Source of the DNA: Longimicrobiales bacterium
GTDB lineage: Bacteria; Gemmatimonadota; Gemmatimonadetes; Longimicrobiales; Gaopeijiaceae
DNA: 64,000 nt
Direction: 5' to 3'
Assembly (NCBI GenBank): GCA_965226375.1
Contig: CBDDCX010000008.1
Coordinates: 672,001-736,000, forward strand
Each line of letters begins with the position of its first letter. The first letter of the stretch is position 1. The notes below the pieces were generated by a model. The model did not search any database and was not told the origin of the DNA. It saw only the letters and a list, made by a program, of their open reading frames with translations. A program made the translations under genes and the position numbers. Positions 40,563 through 52,439 of this stretch are shown piece by piece.

Positions 40563-42623
40563 ATGCCCGTAGACGCCAATCCACTTCTCCTAGAACTCGA
40601 GCGCACGCCCTTCGACCGGATCGAGGCGTCGCATGTTGTACCGGGCGTCCGACAGATTCTGGACAGTGCGCGGGCGGCCATCGCAGAGCTCTGCTCGGGA
40701 CCCCTCCCTCCGACCTACGTCGACACGATCGAGCGTCTCGACGACGTCATGGAGCGAGTGAAGACTCGTGTCGGTCCGGTCACGCACCTCTTGTCGGTCG
40801 CGGAGACGCCGGAGCTGCGAGAAGCGTTCAACAAGGTCTTGCCGGAGATCACGGAGTTCTGGACTCGGATCACGTTGAATGAGGCCTTGTGGATCCGTCT
40901 GAAGTCGTTCGCGGAGACGGATGAGGGACTGGGGCTGAGTGGAATCCGGCAACGTCATCTCGACACCGTGCTGCGAGACTTCAGGAGGGCCGGAGCGGAC
41001 CTTTCCCCCGAGGGGAAGGACAGACTGAGCGCCATCCGCCTCGAGCTATCGCAGCTCCAGCGGAGATTTTCCGAAAACGTTCTCGACGCCACCAACGCGT
41101 ATACGCTGCTAGTCACCGACGAGACTCGCCTCGAAGGCGTTCCTGTCGCCGATCAGCAAGAGGCCCGGCGCAAGGCCACCGAGGCCGGCAAGGAGGGCTG
41201 GCTTCTCACCCTCGACTACCCCTCGTTCGAACCGGTCGTCAAGTACGCGACGGACGGAAGCCTGCGTAAAGAGCTGTTCGACGCTTATGTGTCACGATGC
41301 CGGGAGGGCGAGTTCTCCAACGTGGCGATCATCGGGCGCCTTCTGGAGCTCCGCAGGGACCTTGCCGACGTGCTCGGCTACTCCGACTTCTCCGACTTCC
41401 GCCTGGAGGATCATATGGCGAAGACGGGGCAGGGGGCGTTCGAGTTCGTCGAAGAGCTGACTGGCCGGACGCGCCCGTATTGGGAGCGCGATCTCATGGA
41501 ACTGCGTGTCCACGCGCGGGCTCTCGGCCTCGAGGATCTCTATCCTTGGGATGCGGCATTCGTGAGCGAGGACCTACGTCGTGAGCGATACGACATCGAC
41601 GACGAGGTCATACGACCGTACTTCCCGCTGGAACGCGTGATGGACGGCCTGTTCGAGGTGGCCAGGCGGGTGTTCGGTCTCGTCGTGCGCCGACGTCACA
41701 TCAAGGAAATATGGCACTCTGACGTGCTCTTCTACGACCTGTTGGACGCGGACGACGGCACTCACCTAGGATCGTTCTACGCGGACTGGCATCCTCGTCG
41801 GGAGAAGCGTCAGGGTGCCTGGATGAACGACCTGGCCACCGGCGGGCCCACGGGAGACGGATTCGAGCCGCACGTCGGGATCATCGCCGGGAACCTGACC
41901 CCGCCCAAGGGGGACCTCCCGTCGCTTCTCACGCATCGGGAGGTGGAGACGATCTTCCACGAGTTCGGGCACCTTCTTCATCATCTGACGTCTCGTGTGC
42001 CCATCGCCCCGATGGCAGGCATCAACGTGGCCTGGGACTTTGTCGAACTCCCCTCTCAGATCATGGAGAACTGGACGTGGGAGGCAGAGGCGCTACCCCT
42101 CTTCTCGGGCCACTATGAGACCGGAGAGCCGCTCCCCGAGGAGCTCTACGACCGGCTCCGGCGTGCGCGGCGTTTCATGGGTGGGTGGAGGCAGATGCGG
42201 CAACTGTCTTTCGGATTCCTCGACCTTCGGCTACACCGCGACGAGACGTCGCCGACAGAAGGAGAGGTCATGGCGCACATCGAAGGGCTTCTGGCGGGCT
42301 ACATGCCGTGCCCCGCCTTCGCGAGCGCCCACACGACGGCCTCGTTCACGCACATCTTCTCGGGCGGGTATGCAGCCGCATACTACTCGTACCTTTGGTC
42401 CGAGGTTCTGGAGGCCGATGCCTTTGGGCGGTTCAAACAAGAAGGGATCTTCAACCGGGAGGTCGGAAGGGCTTATCTGGACTGTATTCTGACCAGGGGC
42501 GACAGCGAAGAGCCCGAAATCCTCTTCCGTGACTTCATGGGTCGGGACCCCGATCAGCAGGCCCTGCTCGAGCGCAATCTTGGGCCACCTCTCGAGGAGG
42601 CTGCTCAAGGCTCGGCGTCGTAG
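40563..42623 (+). CDS. prlC: Oligopeptidase A (M3 metallopeptidase)
   Basis: HEFGH, WDFVELPSQ and GGYAAAYYSY motifs. Confidence 0.92.
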   Translation: MPVDANPLLLELERTPFDRIEASHVVPGVRQILDSARAAIAELCSGPLPPTYVDTIERLDDVMERVKTRVGPVTHLLSVAETPELREAFNKVLPEITEFWTRITLNEALWIRLKSFAETDEGLGLSGIRQRHLDTVLRDFRRAGADLSPEGKDRLSAIRLELSQLQRRFSENVLDATNAYTLLVTDETRLEGVPVADQQEARRKATEAGKEGWLLTLDYPSFEPVVKYATDGSLRKELFDAYVSRCREGEFSNVAIIGRLLELRRDLADVLGYSDFSDFRLEDHMAKTGQGAFEFVEELTGRTRPYWERDLMELRVHARALGLEDLYPWDAAFVSEDLRRERYDIDDEVIRPYFPLERVMDGLFEVARRVFGLVVRRRHIKEIWHSDVLFYDLLDADDGTHLGSFYADWHPRREKRQGAWMNDLATGGPTGDGFEPHVGIIAGNLTPPKGDLPSLLTHREVETIFHEFGHLLHHLTSRVPIAPMAGINVAWDFVELPSQIMENWTWEAEALPLFSGHYETGEPLPEELYDRLRRARRFMGGWRQMRQLSFGFLDLRLHRDETSPTEGEVMAHIEGLLAGYMPCPAFASAHTTASFTHIFSGGYAAAYYSYLWSEVLEADAFGRFKQEGIFNREVGRAYLDCILTRGDSEEPEILFRDFMGRDPDQQALLERNLGPPLEEAAQGSAS

Positions 42624-42646
42624 CCGGAACCCGTGCTTTTCGGGGC

Positions 42647-42675
42647 TTGATGACCTTTTATCTAGTCGTTAGCTT
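42647..42675 (+). promoter_or_regulatory. Putative sigma70 promoter TTGATG-17-TAGCTT of the tRNA-tuf operon
   Basis: Canonical spacing about 95 bp upstream of tRNA-Tyr. Confidence 0.5.
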
Positions 42676-42768
42676 ACCAAGCTCGCCTGGAAAAGGCCGC
42701 CTACGTCGGGCGGCTTGCTTTGTTCCGGGGTAACGAGGTCGCGGGGTAGAGGCCCCGGATCGGTATCT

Positions 42769-42850
42769 GGTGGGGTACCGAAGCGGTCAAACGGGGCAGA
42801 CTGTAAATCTGCTGGCTAAGCCTTCGTAGGTTCGAATCCTACCCCCACCA
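42769..42850 (+). tRNA. tRNA-Tyr (GUA)
   Basis: GGTGGGG/CCCCACC stem, GCAGA CTGTAAA TCTGC anticodon arm, long variable arm. Confidence 0.95.
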
Positions 42851-42875
42851 CTAGAGTCCCATGACGATAAGCTTT

Positions 42876-42949
42876 GCGGGAGTAGCTCAGTTGGCTAGAG
42901 CATCAGCCTTCCAAGCTGAGGGTCGCGGGTTCGAGTCCCGTCTCCCGCT
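42876..42949 (+). tRNA. tRNA-Gly (UCC)
   Basis: GCGGGAG/CTCCCGC stem, CTTCCAA anticodon loop. Confidence 0.95.
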
Positions 42950-43045
42950 CTTAATAGTAGGAAGCGAAGGGAGTGCGAGACGAGACGGGGTTCCCGTCTC
43001 CCGCTCGGTTGTAGAGCGCTCAGTAGGAGCGTTCCAGTGGGTGGC

Positions 43046-43117
43046 GCTCCGATAGCTCAGTGGTAGAGCGCCTCCTTGGTAAGGAGGAGGTCCCGGGTTC
43101 AAATCCCGGTCGGAGCT
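43046..43117 (+). tRNA. tRNA-Thr (GGU)
   Basis: GCTCCGA/TCGGAGC stem, CTTGGTAA anticodon region. Confidence 0.95.
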
Positions 43118-43181
43118 CTTTAGGAGCTCTTCAGGTGTTGCGGCACAATTAAGGGAGCGATCCAACCCAACGAGGGGAACC

Positions 43182-44368
<1,187 letters not shown>

Positions 44369-44372
<4 letters not shown>

Positions 44373-44581
44373 GTAGGGATTCGAATTTGATCGCGCCGCG
44401 ACTCGGAGCTGACGCTACTGCCGCTTCGCGGCAGACCCTCGCTGCGGCGCGATCAAATTCGAATCCTTCGGACATGCGTCACTCCGGTACTACGCCGGAC
44501 GGTCGCGCGGGCTTGGCGGGAAGGACGTCCGTTGCACGCCCACGCGGCGGCTTATTGAGGGCTTGGGCAGGTAGGTAGGGA
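44369..44581. repeat. Palindromic intergenic element with 23-bp perfect IR, flanked by 11-bp direct repeats
   Basis: IR 44377-44399 / 44444-44466; GTAGGTAGGGA at 44369 and 44571. Confidence 0.7.
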
Positions 44582-44772
44582 GGTACGAAGCAAAGAGCTA
44601 GATGGAACGAGAGGTGGGGTGCTGGTTGCCCCGAGGAACACACGGGTAGCGGCGGAGCGAAGTTTTCTTCCGCAGCGTCCCGTCACCACGGTGTAGCGGA
44701 GGAAGGAAGCTTCGCTCAAGCCGCGGTACACGAAGCAGCAGCGGGGCCAACACCCCGCGACGAGAGGAAGAC

Positions 44773-44925
44773 ATGGCTAGAGAGAAGATTATCCTCGCTT
44801 GTACAGACTGCGAGGAGCGGAACTACCACACTGCGAAGAACAAGCGCTTGCATCCGGAGCGGGTGGAGCAGCGTAAGTACTGCCCGCGGTGCAAGACGCA
44901 CACGGCTCACAAAGAGACCAAGTAG
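44773..44925 (+). CDS. rpmG: 50S ribosomal protein L33 (Zn-binding form)
   Basis: Below the ORF-track cutoff; [50 protein letters not shown]. Confidence 0.95.
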   Translation: MAREKIILACTDCEERNYHTAKNKRLHPERVEQRKYCPRCKTHTAHKETK

Positions 44926-44927
44926 CT

Positions 44928-45140
44928 ATGGCTATCGGTGAGAAAATTGCGAGCACTCGGGACTTCGTCGAGGAGTGCTGGGAGGAGCTGGGCAAGGTAA
45001 CTTGGCCCGACTACGAGCAGCTCAGGAGTGCCACCCTTGTTGTCATCGGATTCGTGATCCTCATCGCGGCTATCCTCTGGATGATGGACGTGGTTTCGCG
45101 GACCGTAATCGGCTTCATCATGGGCCTCTTCGGGGCTTGA
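44928..45140 (+). CDS. secE: Preprotein translocase SecE
   Basis: ELGKVTWP motif and one TM helix. Confidence 0.93.
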   Translation: MAIGEKIASTRDFVEECWEELGKVTWPDYEQLRSATLVVIGFVILIAAILWMMDVVSRTVIGFIMGLFGA

Positions 45141-45703
45141 GTGACGCGCATATGATCATGGCTCACTCCAAGTGGTATGCGATCCAGACCTACTCAGGGC
45201 ATGAGAACAAGGTCCAGAAGCTGATTCAGCGTCGCATTGAAGAGGGGGGCGCTGAGGACGAGGACAAGGAGATCAGGGACGTCGTCGTCCCGACTCAGGA
45301 CGTGGTCGAGATTCGCAACGGAAAGCGGGTCACGGTCACGAAGCGGCTGTACCCCGGATACGTGTTGGTGAACATGGACCTGAACGAGAGGACCATGCAC
45401 ACCATCAACAACATCCAGGGTGTCATCAAGTTCGTCGGTGCTGGAAAGTCGCCGCAGCCTCTGCACGAAGAAGAGATCAACAAGATTCTCGGCATCGAAG
45501 TGGAAAGAGAAGACGACGGCACTCAGGAGGAGATCCCGTTCCACGTCGGGCAGGTGGTCGAGATCATGCAGGGTCCGTTCAGTGACTTCTCCGGCACGGT
45601 CCAGGAGATCTACGAGGAAAAGGGCAAGGTCAAGGTCGAGGTGTCGCTCTTCGGGCGGCCGACCTCGGTCGAATTGGATTACACGCAGCTGAAGGGGTTC
45701 TAA
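45137..45703 (+). CDS. nusG: Transcription termination/antitermination factor NusG
   Basis: WYAIQTYSGHE, YPGYVLV and KOW GPFSDF motifs; start may instead be ATG 45152 or 45158. Confidence 0.96.
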   Translation: MSDAHMIMAHSKWYAIQTYSGHENKVQKLIQRRIEEGGAEDEDKEIRDVVVPTQDVVEIRNGKRVTVTKRLYPGYVLVNMDLNERTMHTINNIQGVIKFVGAGKSPQPLHEEEINKILGIEVEREDDGTQEEIPFHVGQVVEIMQGPFSDFSGTVQEIYEEKGKVKVEVSLFGRPTSVELDYTQLKGF

Positions 45704-45735
45704 GAACCTTTTCGGCAACGTCTCGGGATTAGAAA

Positions 45736-46161
45736 ATGGCGAAGAAGGTCATCGGTCTTATCAAGCTCCACGTCTCGGGTGGTCAGGCGAACCCTGCTCC
45801 CCCAGTGGGCCCCGCGTTGGGCCAGCACGGCGTGAACATCATGGAGTTCTGCAAGCAGTTCAACTCCAAGACTCAGCAACAGCCCGGGGTGACGATTCCG
45901 GTGGAGATCACGGTCTATGCGGACCGCTCCTTCACCTTCATTACCAAGACCCCGCCCGCCTCCTTCCTTATCAAGAAGGCTGCGGGTCTGCAGAAGGCGT
46001 CGGGTGAGCCCAACCGCGAAAAGGTGGGCAAGGTCAGCAGGAAGCAGCTCGAGGAGATCGCCGAGACCAAGTGGGTCGATCTGAACACGCAGGACATGGA
46101 TGCCGCGGTCCGGATGCTTTCCGGCACAGCCCGCTCCATGGGCATCGAGGTAAGAGGATAA
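45736..46161 (+). CDS. rplK: 50S ribosomal protein L11
   Basis: [12 protein letters not shown] and GTARSMG motifs. Confidence 0.99.
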   Translation: MAKKVIGLIKLHVSGGQANPAPPVGPALGQHGVNIMEFCKQFNSKTQQQPGVTIPVEITVYADRSFTFITKTPPASFLIKKAAGLQKASGEPNREKVGKVSRKQLEEIAETKWVDLNTQDMDAAVRMLSGTARSMGIEVRG

Positions 46162-46345
46162 CGATAGCAAAAACGCCATGAATAACGCTCACGGGGTCGA
46201 TCGGGATTTTCCCACAGCGACCATCTGAGAGCGAAGCGAACAGCAGGGAGCGAGGAGATAATCCCGCTCGACCCCGCTGCCCAGTCCATTGACCACCTGG
46301 TGCGAGCCGCCACGGGTGGGAGGATGAACGAGCCGGCTCAGAGCT

Positions 46346-47047
46346 ATGCCAAAACACGGTAAGAGATTCCGTGACGCCAAGGCCAAGGTGCCTGTAGGCG
46401 TCCAGTTCAAGCCCGACGAAGCGGTCCAGATGGTCAAGGATCTGGCGTCGGCAAAATTCAACGAGACCGTCGAGGTCGCGACATGCTTGAACGTCGATCC
46501 CCGGAAGGCCGATCAGATCGTTCGAGGCACCGTCGTCCTGCCGCACGGCACAGGTAAGACCGTGCGAGTGCTGGTCATCGCACAGGGCGAGAAGGAGACC
46601 GAGGCGACCGAAGCGGGTGCGGACTTCGTGGGCGTGGAATACGTCGACAAGATCCAGCAAGGCTGGATCGACTTCGATGTGTGCGTCGCGACTCCGGATC
46701 TGATGGGAAAGGTGGGTCCCCTCGGTCGTATTCTCGGCCCCCGGGGACTCATGCCGACTCCCAAGGGTGGTACGGTGACCTTCGACGTAGGTCGCGCCGT
46801 CAAGGAGATCAAGGGCGGAAAGATCGAGTACCGCGTGGACAAGACCGGGAACGTGCACGTTCCCATCGGCCGTGTCTCATTCGAGCCCGATCAGCTGCAT
46901 GACAATCTGGGCGCCATCATGGATTCCATCGTTCGGGCCAAGCCGTCAGCGGCCAAGGGTACGTACGTGAAGAGCGTTACGATCTCGAGCACCATGGGGC
47001 CCGGCGTGGCAATCGATCCGAACCTGTTTCTTCGCCGGAGCAAATAG
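46346..47047 (+). CDS. rplA: 50S ribosomal protein L1
   Basis: [15 protein letters not shown] and STMGPG motifs. Confidence 0.99.
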   Translation: MPKHGKRFRDAKAKVPVGVQFKPDEAVQMVKDLASAKFNETVEVATCLNVDPRKADQIVRGTVVLPHGTGKTVRVLVIAQGEKETEATEAGADFVGVEYVDKIQQGWIDFDVCVATPDLMGKVGPLGRILGPRGLMPTPKGGTVTFDVGRAVKEIKGGKIEYRVDKTGNVHVPIGRVSFEPDQLHDNLGAIMDSIVRAKPSAAKGTYVKSVTISSTMGPGVAIDPNLFLRRSK

Positions 47048-47578
47048 ATGAACCGCACCCAAAAAGAAGCCTTCGTCGCGGACTTCCGCGACAAAGTCGG
47101 AAAGGCTCCGGTCATGTACCTGACCGATTTCTCCGGATTGGACGTGAAGTCCATGACGACCCTTCGGCAGAACCTCAAGGCTTCCGGGGCCGAGTACCTG
47201 GTGGTGAAGAATCGCCTGGTAAAGCGGGCCCTCGAAGATCTCGACCTGCCCGACATTACCGAGGCCCTGCTCGGCCCCACCGGGGTCGTCTTGGGCTACG
47301 GGGGAGTCGTCGAGCCCGCGAAGGTCATCAGTGACTTCGCCAAGGAACACGGCGACAAGCCGGTGTTCAAGCTCGGCGTGCTCGACAACAAAGTGGTTTC
47401 GGCCGACGAGATAAAACGCCTGGCCAAGCTGCCCCCCCGGGAGCAGCTGCTCGCCGAGTTGGCCGGAGCCTTCGAGGCGCCGATGGCCATGCTGGCGACC
47501 GCAATGGAGGGCAAGCTCCAGGAGATGTCTGGTCTCCTGGACGCTCTCAAGGATCAGAAGGAGGCCGAGGGGGAATAG
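47048..47578 (+). CDS. rplJ: 50S ribosomal protein L10
   Basis: VVKNRL and LAKLPPREQLL motifs. Confidence 0.97.
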   Translation: MNRTQKEAFVADFRDKVGKAPVMYLTDFSGLDVKSMTTLRQNLKASGAEYLVVKNRLVKRALEDLDLPDITEALLGPTGVVLGYGGVVEPAKVISDFAKEHGDKPVFKLGVLDNKVVSADEIKRLAKLPPREQLLAELAGAFEAPMAMLATAMEGKLQEMSGLLDALKDQKEAEGE

Positions 47579-47660
47579 CCTCCTGGCATATCAGGTAACA
47601 ACGGGAATTCACACCCAGCCCTGTGCAGAGACGGGGTGAACTGAGGAGAGAGCCACGACC

Positions 47661-48038
47661 ATGGCTACCAACCAAGAAGAGCTTCTCGAGACCATCGGCA
47701 ACATGACCGTCCTCGAGCTGTCGGAGTTCGTCGACGCGTTCAAGGACAAGTTCAACGTCACCGCAGTGGCCGCCCCTGTGGCCGTTACAGGCGGACCGGC
47801 TGCCGGCGCCGAGGTCGCTGAAGAACAAGACGAGTTCGACGTCGTGCTCGAAGGCGTGGGCGACAAGAAGATCCAGGTTATCAAGGTGGTCCGCGAGGTC
47901 ACTAGCCTGGGCCTGAAGGAAGCCAAAGAGGTCGTCGACAGTGCCCCGAGCACCGTCAAGGAGGCCGTCACGAAGGACGAGGCCGAGCAGATCAAAGCGA
48001 AGCTGGAGGACCAGGGCGCAACGGTAGCCCTGAAGTAG
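47661..48038 (+). CDS. rplL: 50S ribosomal protein L7/L12
   Basis: [11 protein letters not shown] and LGLKEAK motifs. Confidence 0.99.
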   Translation: MATNQEELLETIGNMTVLELSEFVDAFKDKFNVTAVAAPVAVTGGPAAGAEVAEEQDEFDVVLEGVGDKKIQVIKVVREVTSLGLKEAKEVVDSAPSTVKEAVTKDEAEQIKAKLEDQGATVALK

Positions 48039-48242
48039 GTCACACCTGTGACGTCACCTCTCGGTTCGGCTGAGAGACGTCGGGTGAGCCCCGCCGGTGG
48101 TGGGGCTTATCACCGCAGGGCCAACTCGCGTCGGTCCCTGGAGACGTACGTGTACGTCCCCGGGTCCGTTCGCTTCTTCTGTTGTTGAACACGTGCTTGT
48201 TCGGCCTCCCTTCGGAGTCCGAGCCGCCAAAGGGGGCAACCC

Positions 48243-51200
48243 TTGGATATTAGGAAAGATGATCGTGCGGTAGTGAGCTTTGCGAAGCTCAAGCGGGTCA
48301 TGCCGATGCCCAATCTGTTGGACGTCCAACTCCGCTCATTCGAGAAGCTCGTGGAGCAGGACGTAGATCCCGCGGAGCAGTGGGACTTCGGCCTGGACCG
48401 GGTATTCGCAGAGATCTTCCCCATCTCCGACGTGAACGAGAACTTCACGCTCGAGTACGTCACGGCTTCTCTGGGTGAGCCGAAGTACTCGGTCGAGGAG
48501 TGTATCGAGCGGGACATGACGTATGCGGCGCCCCTCAAGGCGAAGCTGCGTTTGATCGTTTGGGAGCAGCTGGAAGACGGGGGCGAGAAATGCCCCGGCG
48601 ACATCATCGAGAAGGAGGTCTATCTCGGTGACCTGCCCCTCCTGACCGAGTTGGGCACCTTTATCATCAACGGTGCCGAGCGCGTCGTGGTGAGCCAGCT
48701 GCATCGCTCCCCGGGCGTGGTGTTCGAGGAGAACATCCACCCCAACGGATCGAAGCTGCACAGCGCCCGCATCATCCCCTTCCGGGGCTCGTGGGTCGAG
48801 TTCACCATCGATATCAACGACATCTGTTACGTCCACATCGACAAGAAGAAGAAGTTTCCGGCCACGGCGCTGCTCAGGGCGTTCGGCTACGGGACGGACG
48901 CTGACGTCTACCAGATCTTCTTCACCACGAAGAATGTGGACCCCCGCGCCGTCGACAAGCAGGGCACCAAGGAGTGTCTCGGCTCGATCATCGCCGAGGA
49001 GATCATCGATCTCGAGACCGGTGAGGTTCTGATCGAAGAGTCCACCGAGATCGACGAAGAGGTGGCAGAGCTTCTCGACCGGACCGGCCGTAAGAGGATC
49101 AAGATCTACGCCAGCGAGAAGGACACCGGTCGCGGCGAGAGCCCCATCATCAAGAATACGCTCCGCAAGGATCCCACGGACAGCGAAGAAGAGGCGCTCA
49201 ACGCCATCTACTCGCTCCTGCGGCCCGGCGACGCACCGAACATGGAGACGGCCCGGGCAGCGCTGGAGCGCGTCTTCTTCAACCCCAAGCGTTACGACCT
49301 CGGCCGCGTAGGCCGTTATAAGATCAACAAGCGCCTCGGCGTGGACGCGCCCGGGCACGAGACGGTCCTCACCAAAGAGGACTTCGTCGAGATCCTCCGG
49401 TACCTCATCGAGCTGAGCGAGGGCCGCGGAAGCACTGACGATATCGACCACCTCGGCAACCGCCGGGTCAGGACCGTGGGCGAGCTCATCGCGAACCAAT
49501 TCTCGGTGGGCTTATCCCGGATGGCACGGCTCGTCAAAGAGCGCATGTCCATCAACACGGATCCGGACAAGGTCAACATCGACGACTTGGTGAACGCCCG
49601 CACGGTCTCCGCGGTCATCCAGGCCTTCTTCGGCTCGTCTCAGCTCAGCCAGTTCATGGATCAGACGAATCCGCTTGCGGAGCTGACTCACAAGCGGCGC
49701 CTGTCTGCGCTGGGCCCCGGTGGCCTTACACGAGAGCGCGCCGGCTTCGAAGTCCGCGACGTGCACTACTCCCACTACGGCCGCATGTGTCCGATCGAGA
49801 CCCCTGAGGGTCCCAACATCGGGCTCATCACCTCCCTCACTACATACAGCCGAATCAACGAGCTGGGCTTCGTGGAGACTCCGTATCGGAAGGTGGTGAA
49901 GAACCGGGTCACCACCGACATCGAGTGGCTCTCGGCCAACGAAGAGGAGGAGGTCCGAATCGCGCAGGCCAACGCGCCGCTGGACGACAAGGGAAATTTC
50001 GTCAACGAATTCGTGCTCTGTCGTGAGCGGGGAGACTTTCCGCTGCTCCGCCCCGGGGACATCGACTACATGGACGTGGCGCCCGACCAGCTGGTATCCG
50101 TGGCTGCGGCGCTGATCCCGTTCCTGGAGCACGACGACGCTAACCGGGCCCTCATGGGCTCGAACATGCAGCGCCAGGCGGTGCCGCTCCTCTACACGGA
50201 TGCGCCGCTCGTGGGTACCGGCCTCGAATTCAAGGTGGCCAGAGACGCGGGTGCGGTGATCACGGCTCGCCGCGGAGGACGGATCGTGCACGTGACGGCC
50301 GACGAGATCGTCATCGACACCGGCACCGTCATGCCGGGCAAGACCGATCAGCCGCTGGCCAAACTTGCCCAGTACGATCGCTACCGTCTCAAGAAGTTTT
50401 GGCGTACCAACCAGGACACGGCGATCAACCAGCGACCGCTGGTGAAGGAGGGCGAACAGATCAACCCGGGCGACATCATCGCCGACGGGCCTTCGACCGA
50501 CAGCGGGGAGTTGGCGCTGGGTCGTAACGTCGTCGTCGCCTTCATGCCCTGGTACGGATACAACTACGAGGACGCCATCGTCATCAGCGAAAAGCTGGTG
50601 AAGGAGGACGTCTTCACGTCGATCCACATTCAGGAGCTCGAGCTCCACGTGCGGGATACCAAGCGCGGGATGGAGGAGATCACCCGCGAGATTCCGAACG
50701 TGGCCGAGGAGAGCCTGGTCGATCTGGATGAGCGTGGAATCGTCCGAGCCGGCGCGCGCCTTACCAGTGGCGACATCCTGGTGGGCAAGATCACGCCGAA
50801 AGGTGAGACCGAGCTCTCACCCGAGGAGAAGCTTCTGACCGCCATCTTCGGTGAGAAGGCCAAGGACGTGAAGGACTCGTCCCTGCGCGTGCCTCCGGGA
50901 ATGAGCGGCACCGTCATCGACGTAAAGATCTTCTCACGACGCATCGACGATCCGCTTCTGGAGAAGGAGCACGGAGCGCGCATCGGTGAGCTTCGCCAGC
51001 AGGAGCGCGAGGAGATCAATCGCATCAGCGCGGCTCGGGATGAGGAGCTCCGTGAGGTCCTCCACCTGAACACCGTGGCTCTGGCCCTCAAGAAGGGAAC
51101 GGTCGAACCGTTCTTCAAGGAGGGCTTCAAGCTCACCAAGGAGATTCTGGAAGAGCTGAAGTTCAACAAGCTCGATCTCAGCACCCTCAAGGTGAAGAGT

Positions 51201-52436
51201 AAGGACGCCAGTGGGCGCCTCCGGCGTGTGGTCGACGAGGCCCAGAACCGTATCGAGCGGGTGAAGGCGAAGACTGAAGAACAGATCGACAAGGTCTTCC
51301 AGCCCGACGAGCTCCCGCCTGGGGTGGTCCAACTCGCCAAGGTGTACATCGCCGAGAAGCGAAAGATCTCCGTGGGCGACAAGATGGCCGGACGGCACGG
51401 CAACAAGGGCATCATTGCGCGGATCGCTCCCGAGGAGGACATGCCGTTCCTTCCCGACGGGACACCCGTCGAGATCGTACTCAACCCTCTGGGCGTGCCC
51501 TCACGCATGAACGTAGGACAGGTCCTGGAAACGCACCTTGGATGGGCGGCGCATGTCCTCGGATTCGAGGCAAAGACGCCGGTCTTCCAGGGGGCTTCAG
51601 AGGATGAGGTTGGGCTCCTTCTCAAGGTTGCCGCGCTCCGGTGGGCCCACCAATGCTTGGACATCAAGGCGGAGATGCCGGCCCTCGACGCCGAGTCCAC
51701 GACCGGGCTCATCGACCTGGCTCACGACCTGCCTCCCAAGGAGGTGGGCGCCAGCAACGGGAACGGGGAAGACCTGTCCAAGAGCGGTATCGGACGGACC
51801 CTGGATGCGTACCTGAGCCTCAAGCTCTCCAAGCCTCAGGCCGCCTTCTTCGACGGGCTTCGGGACTACCTGGTCCAAGCGGGCAAGGAGCTGTCCGAGC
51901 GCAAGGACGGAACGTTCTCGGAAGAATTCCCGGCCGTCGCGCATCTGAATCGAAAGCAGAAGCTGGACGAAGGGCTCGACGCGGCCTCTCGTGAGATCAT
52001 GATGGCAGCGAGCATTTTGCCCAACGGAAAGGTCTACCTGAGGGACGGACGCAGCGGACGTCAATTCGACTTCCCCGTGACCGTCGGCATGATCTACATG
52101 CTCAAGCTCAGCCATTTGGTGGACGACAAGATCCATGCACGGAGCATCGGACCCTACTCCCTGGTTACGCAGCAGCCACTGGCCGGTAAGGCCCAGTTCG
52201 GTGGGCAGCGATTCGGGGAGATGGAGGTCTGGGCGCTCGAGGCGTACGGAGCCGCACACACGCTCCAGGAGATCCTCACGGTGAAGTCTGACGATGTAAC
52301 GGGCCGCTCCAAGGTCTATGAGGCCATCGTGAAGGGAGACAACCTTCCGCAACCCGGCATTCCGGAGTCATTCAACGTGCTTGTAAAAGAGCTGCAGGCC
52401 CTCGGCCTGAGCGTAACTCTCGGCCGGGAGGAATAG
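48243..52436 (+). CDS. rpoB: RNA polymerase beta subunit
   Basis: [20 protein letters not shown] and GQRFGEME motifs. Confidence 0.99.
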   Translation: MDIRKDDRAVVSFAKLKRVMPMPNLLDVQLRSFEKLVEQDVDPAEQWDFGLDRVFAEIFPISDVNENFTLEYVTASLGEPKYSVEECIERDMTYAAPLKAKLRLIVWEQLEDGGEKCPGDIIEKEVYLGDLPLLTELGTFIINGAERVVVSQLHRSPGVVFEENIHPNGSKLHSARIIPFRGSWVEFTIDINDICYVHIDKKKKFPATALLRAFGYGTDADVYQIFFTTKNVDPRAVDKQGTKECLGSIIAEEIIDLETGEVLIEESTEIDEEVAELLDRTGRKRIKIYASEKDTGRGESPIIKNTLRKDPTDSEEEALNAIYSLLRPGDAPNMETARAALERVFFNPKRYDLGRVGRYKINKRLGVDAPGHETVLTKEDFVEILRYLIELSEGRGSTDDIDHLGNRRVRTVGELIANQFSVGLSRMARLVKERMSINTDPDKVNIDDLVNARTVSAVIQAFFGSSQLSQFMDQTNPLAELTHKRRLSALGPGGLTRERAGFEVRDVHYSHYGRMCPIETPEGPNIGLITSLTTYSRINELGFVETPYRKVVKNRVTTDIEWLSANEEEEVRIAQANAPLDDKGNFVNEFVLCRERGDFPLLRPGDIDYMDVAPDQLVSVAAALIPFLEHDDANRALMGSNMQRQAVPLLYTDAPLVGTGLEFKVARDAGAVITARRGGRIVHVTADEIVIDTGTVMPGKTDQPLAKLAQYDRYRLKKFWRTNQDTAINQRPLVKEGEQINPGDIIADGPSTDSGELALGRNVVVAFMPWYGYNYEDAIVISEKLVKEDVFTSIHIQELELHVRDTKRGMEEITREIPNVAEESLVDLDERGIVRAGARLTSGDILVGKITPKGETELSPEEKLLTAIFGEKAKDVKDSSLRVPPGMSGTVIDVKIFSRRIDDPLLEKEHGARIGELRQQEREEINRISAARDEELREVLHLNTVALALKKGTVEPFFKEGFKLTKEILEELKFNKLDLSTLKVKSKDASGRLRRVVDEAQNRIERVKAKTEEQIDKVFQPDELPPGVVQLAKVYIAEKRKISVGDKMAGRHGNKGIIARIAPEEDMPFLPDGTPVEIVLNPLGVPSRMNVGQVLETHLGWAAHVLGFEAKTPVFQGASEDEVGLLLKVAALRWAHQCLDIKAEMPALDAESTTGLIDLAHDLPPKEVGASNGNGEDLSKSGIGRTLDAYLSLKLSKPQAAFFDGLRDYLVQAGKELSERKDGTFSEEFPAVAHLNRKQKLDEGLDAASREIMMAASILPNGKVYLRDGRSGRQFDFPVTVGMIYMLKLSHLVDDKIHARSIGPYSLVTQQPLAGKAQFGGQRFGEMEVWALEAYGAAHTLQEILTVKSDDVTGRSKVYEAIVKGDNLPQPGIPESFNVLVKELQALGLSVTLGREE

Positions 52437-52439
52437 ACG

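Noticed and set aside
48039..48242. Named riboswitch or ncRNA in the rplL-rpoB spacer
   Set aside because: Hairpins are present (e.g. AGCCCC...GGGGCT), but I cannot match them to a known family without an Rfam search.
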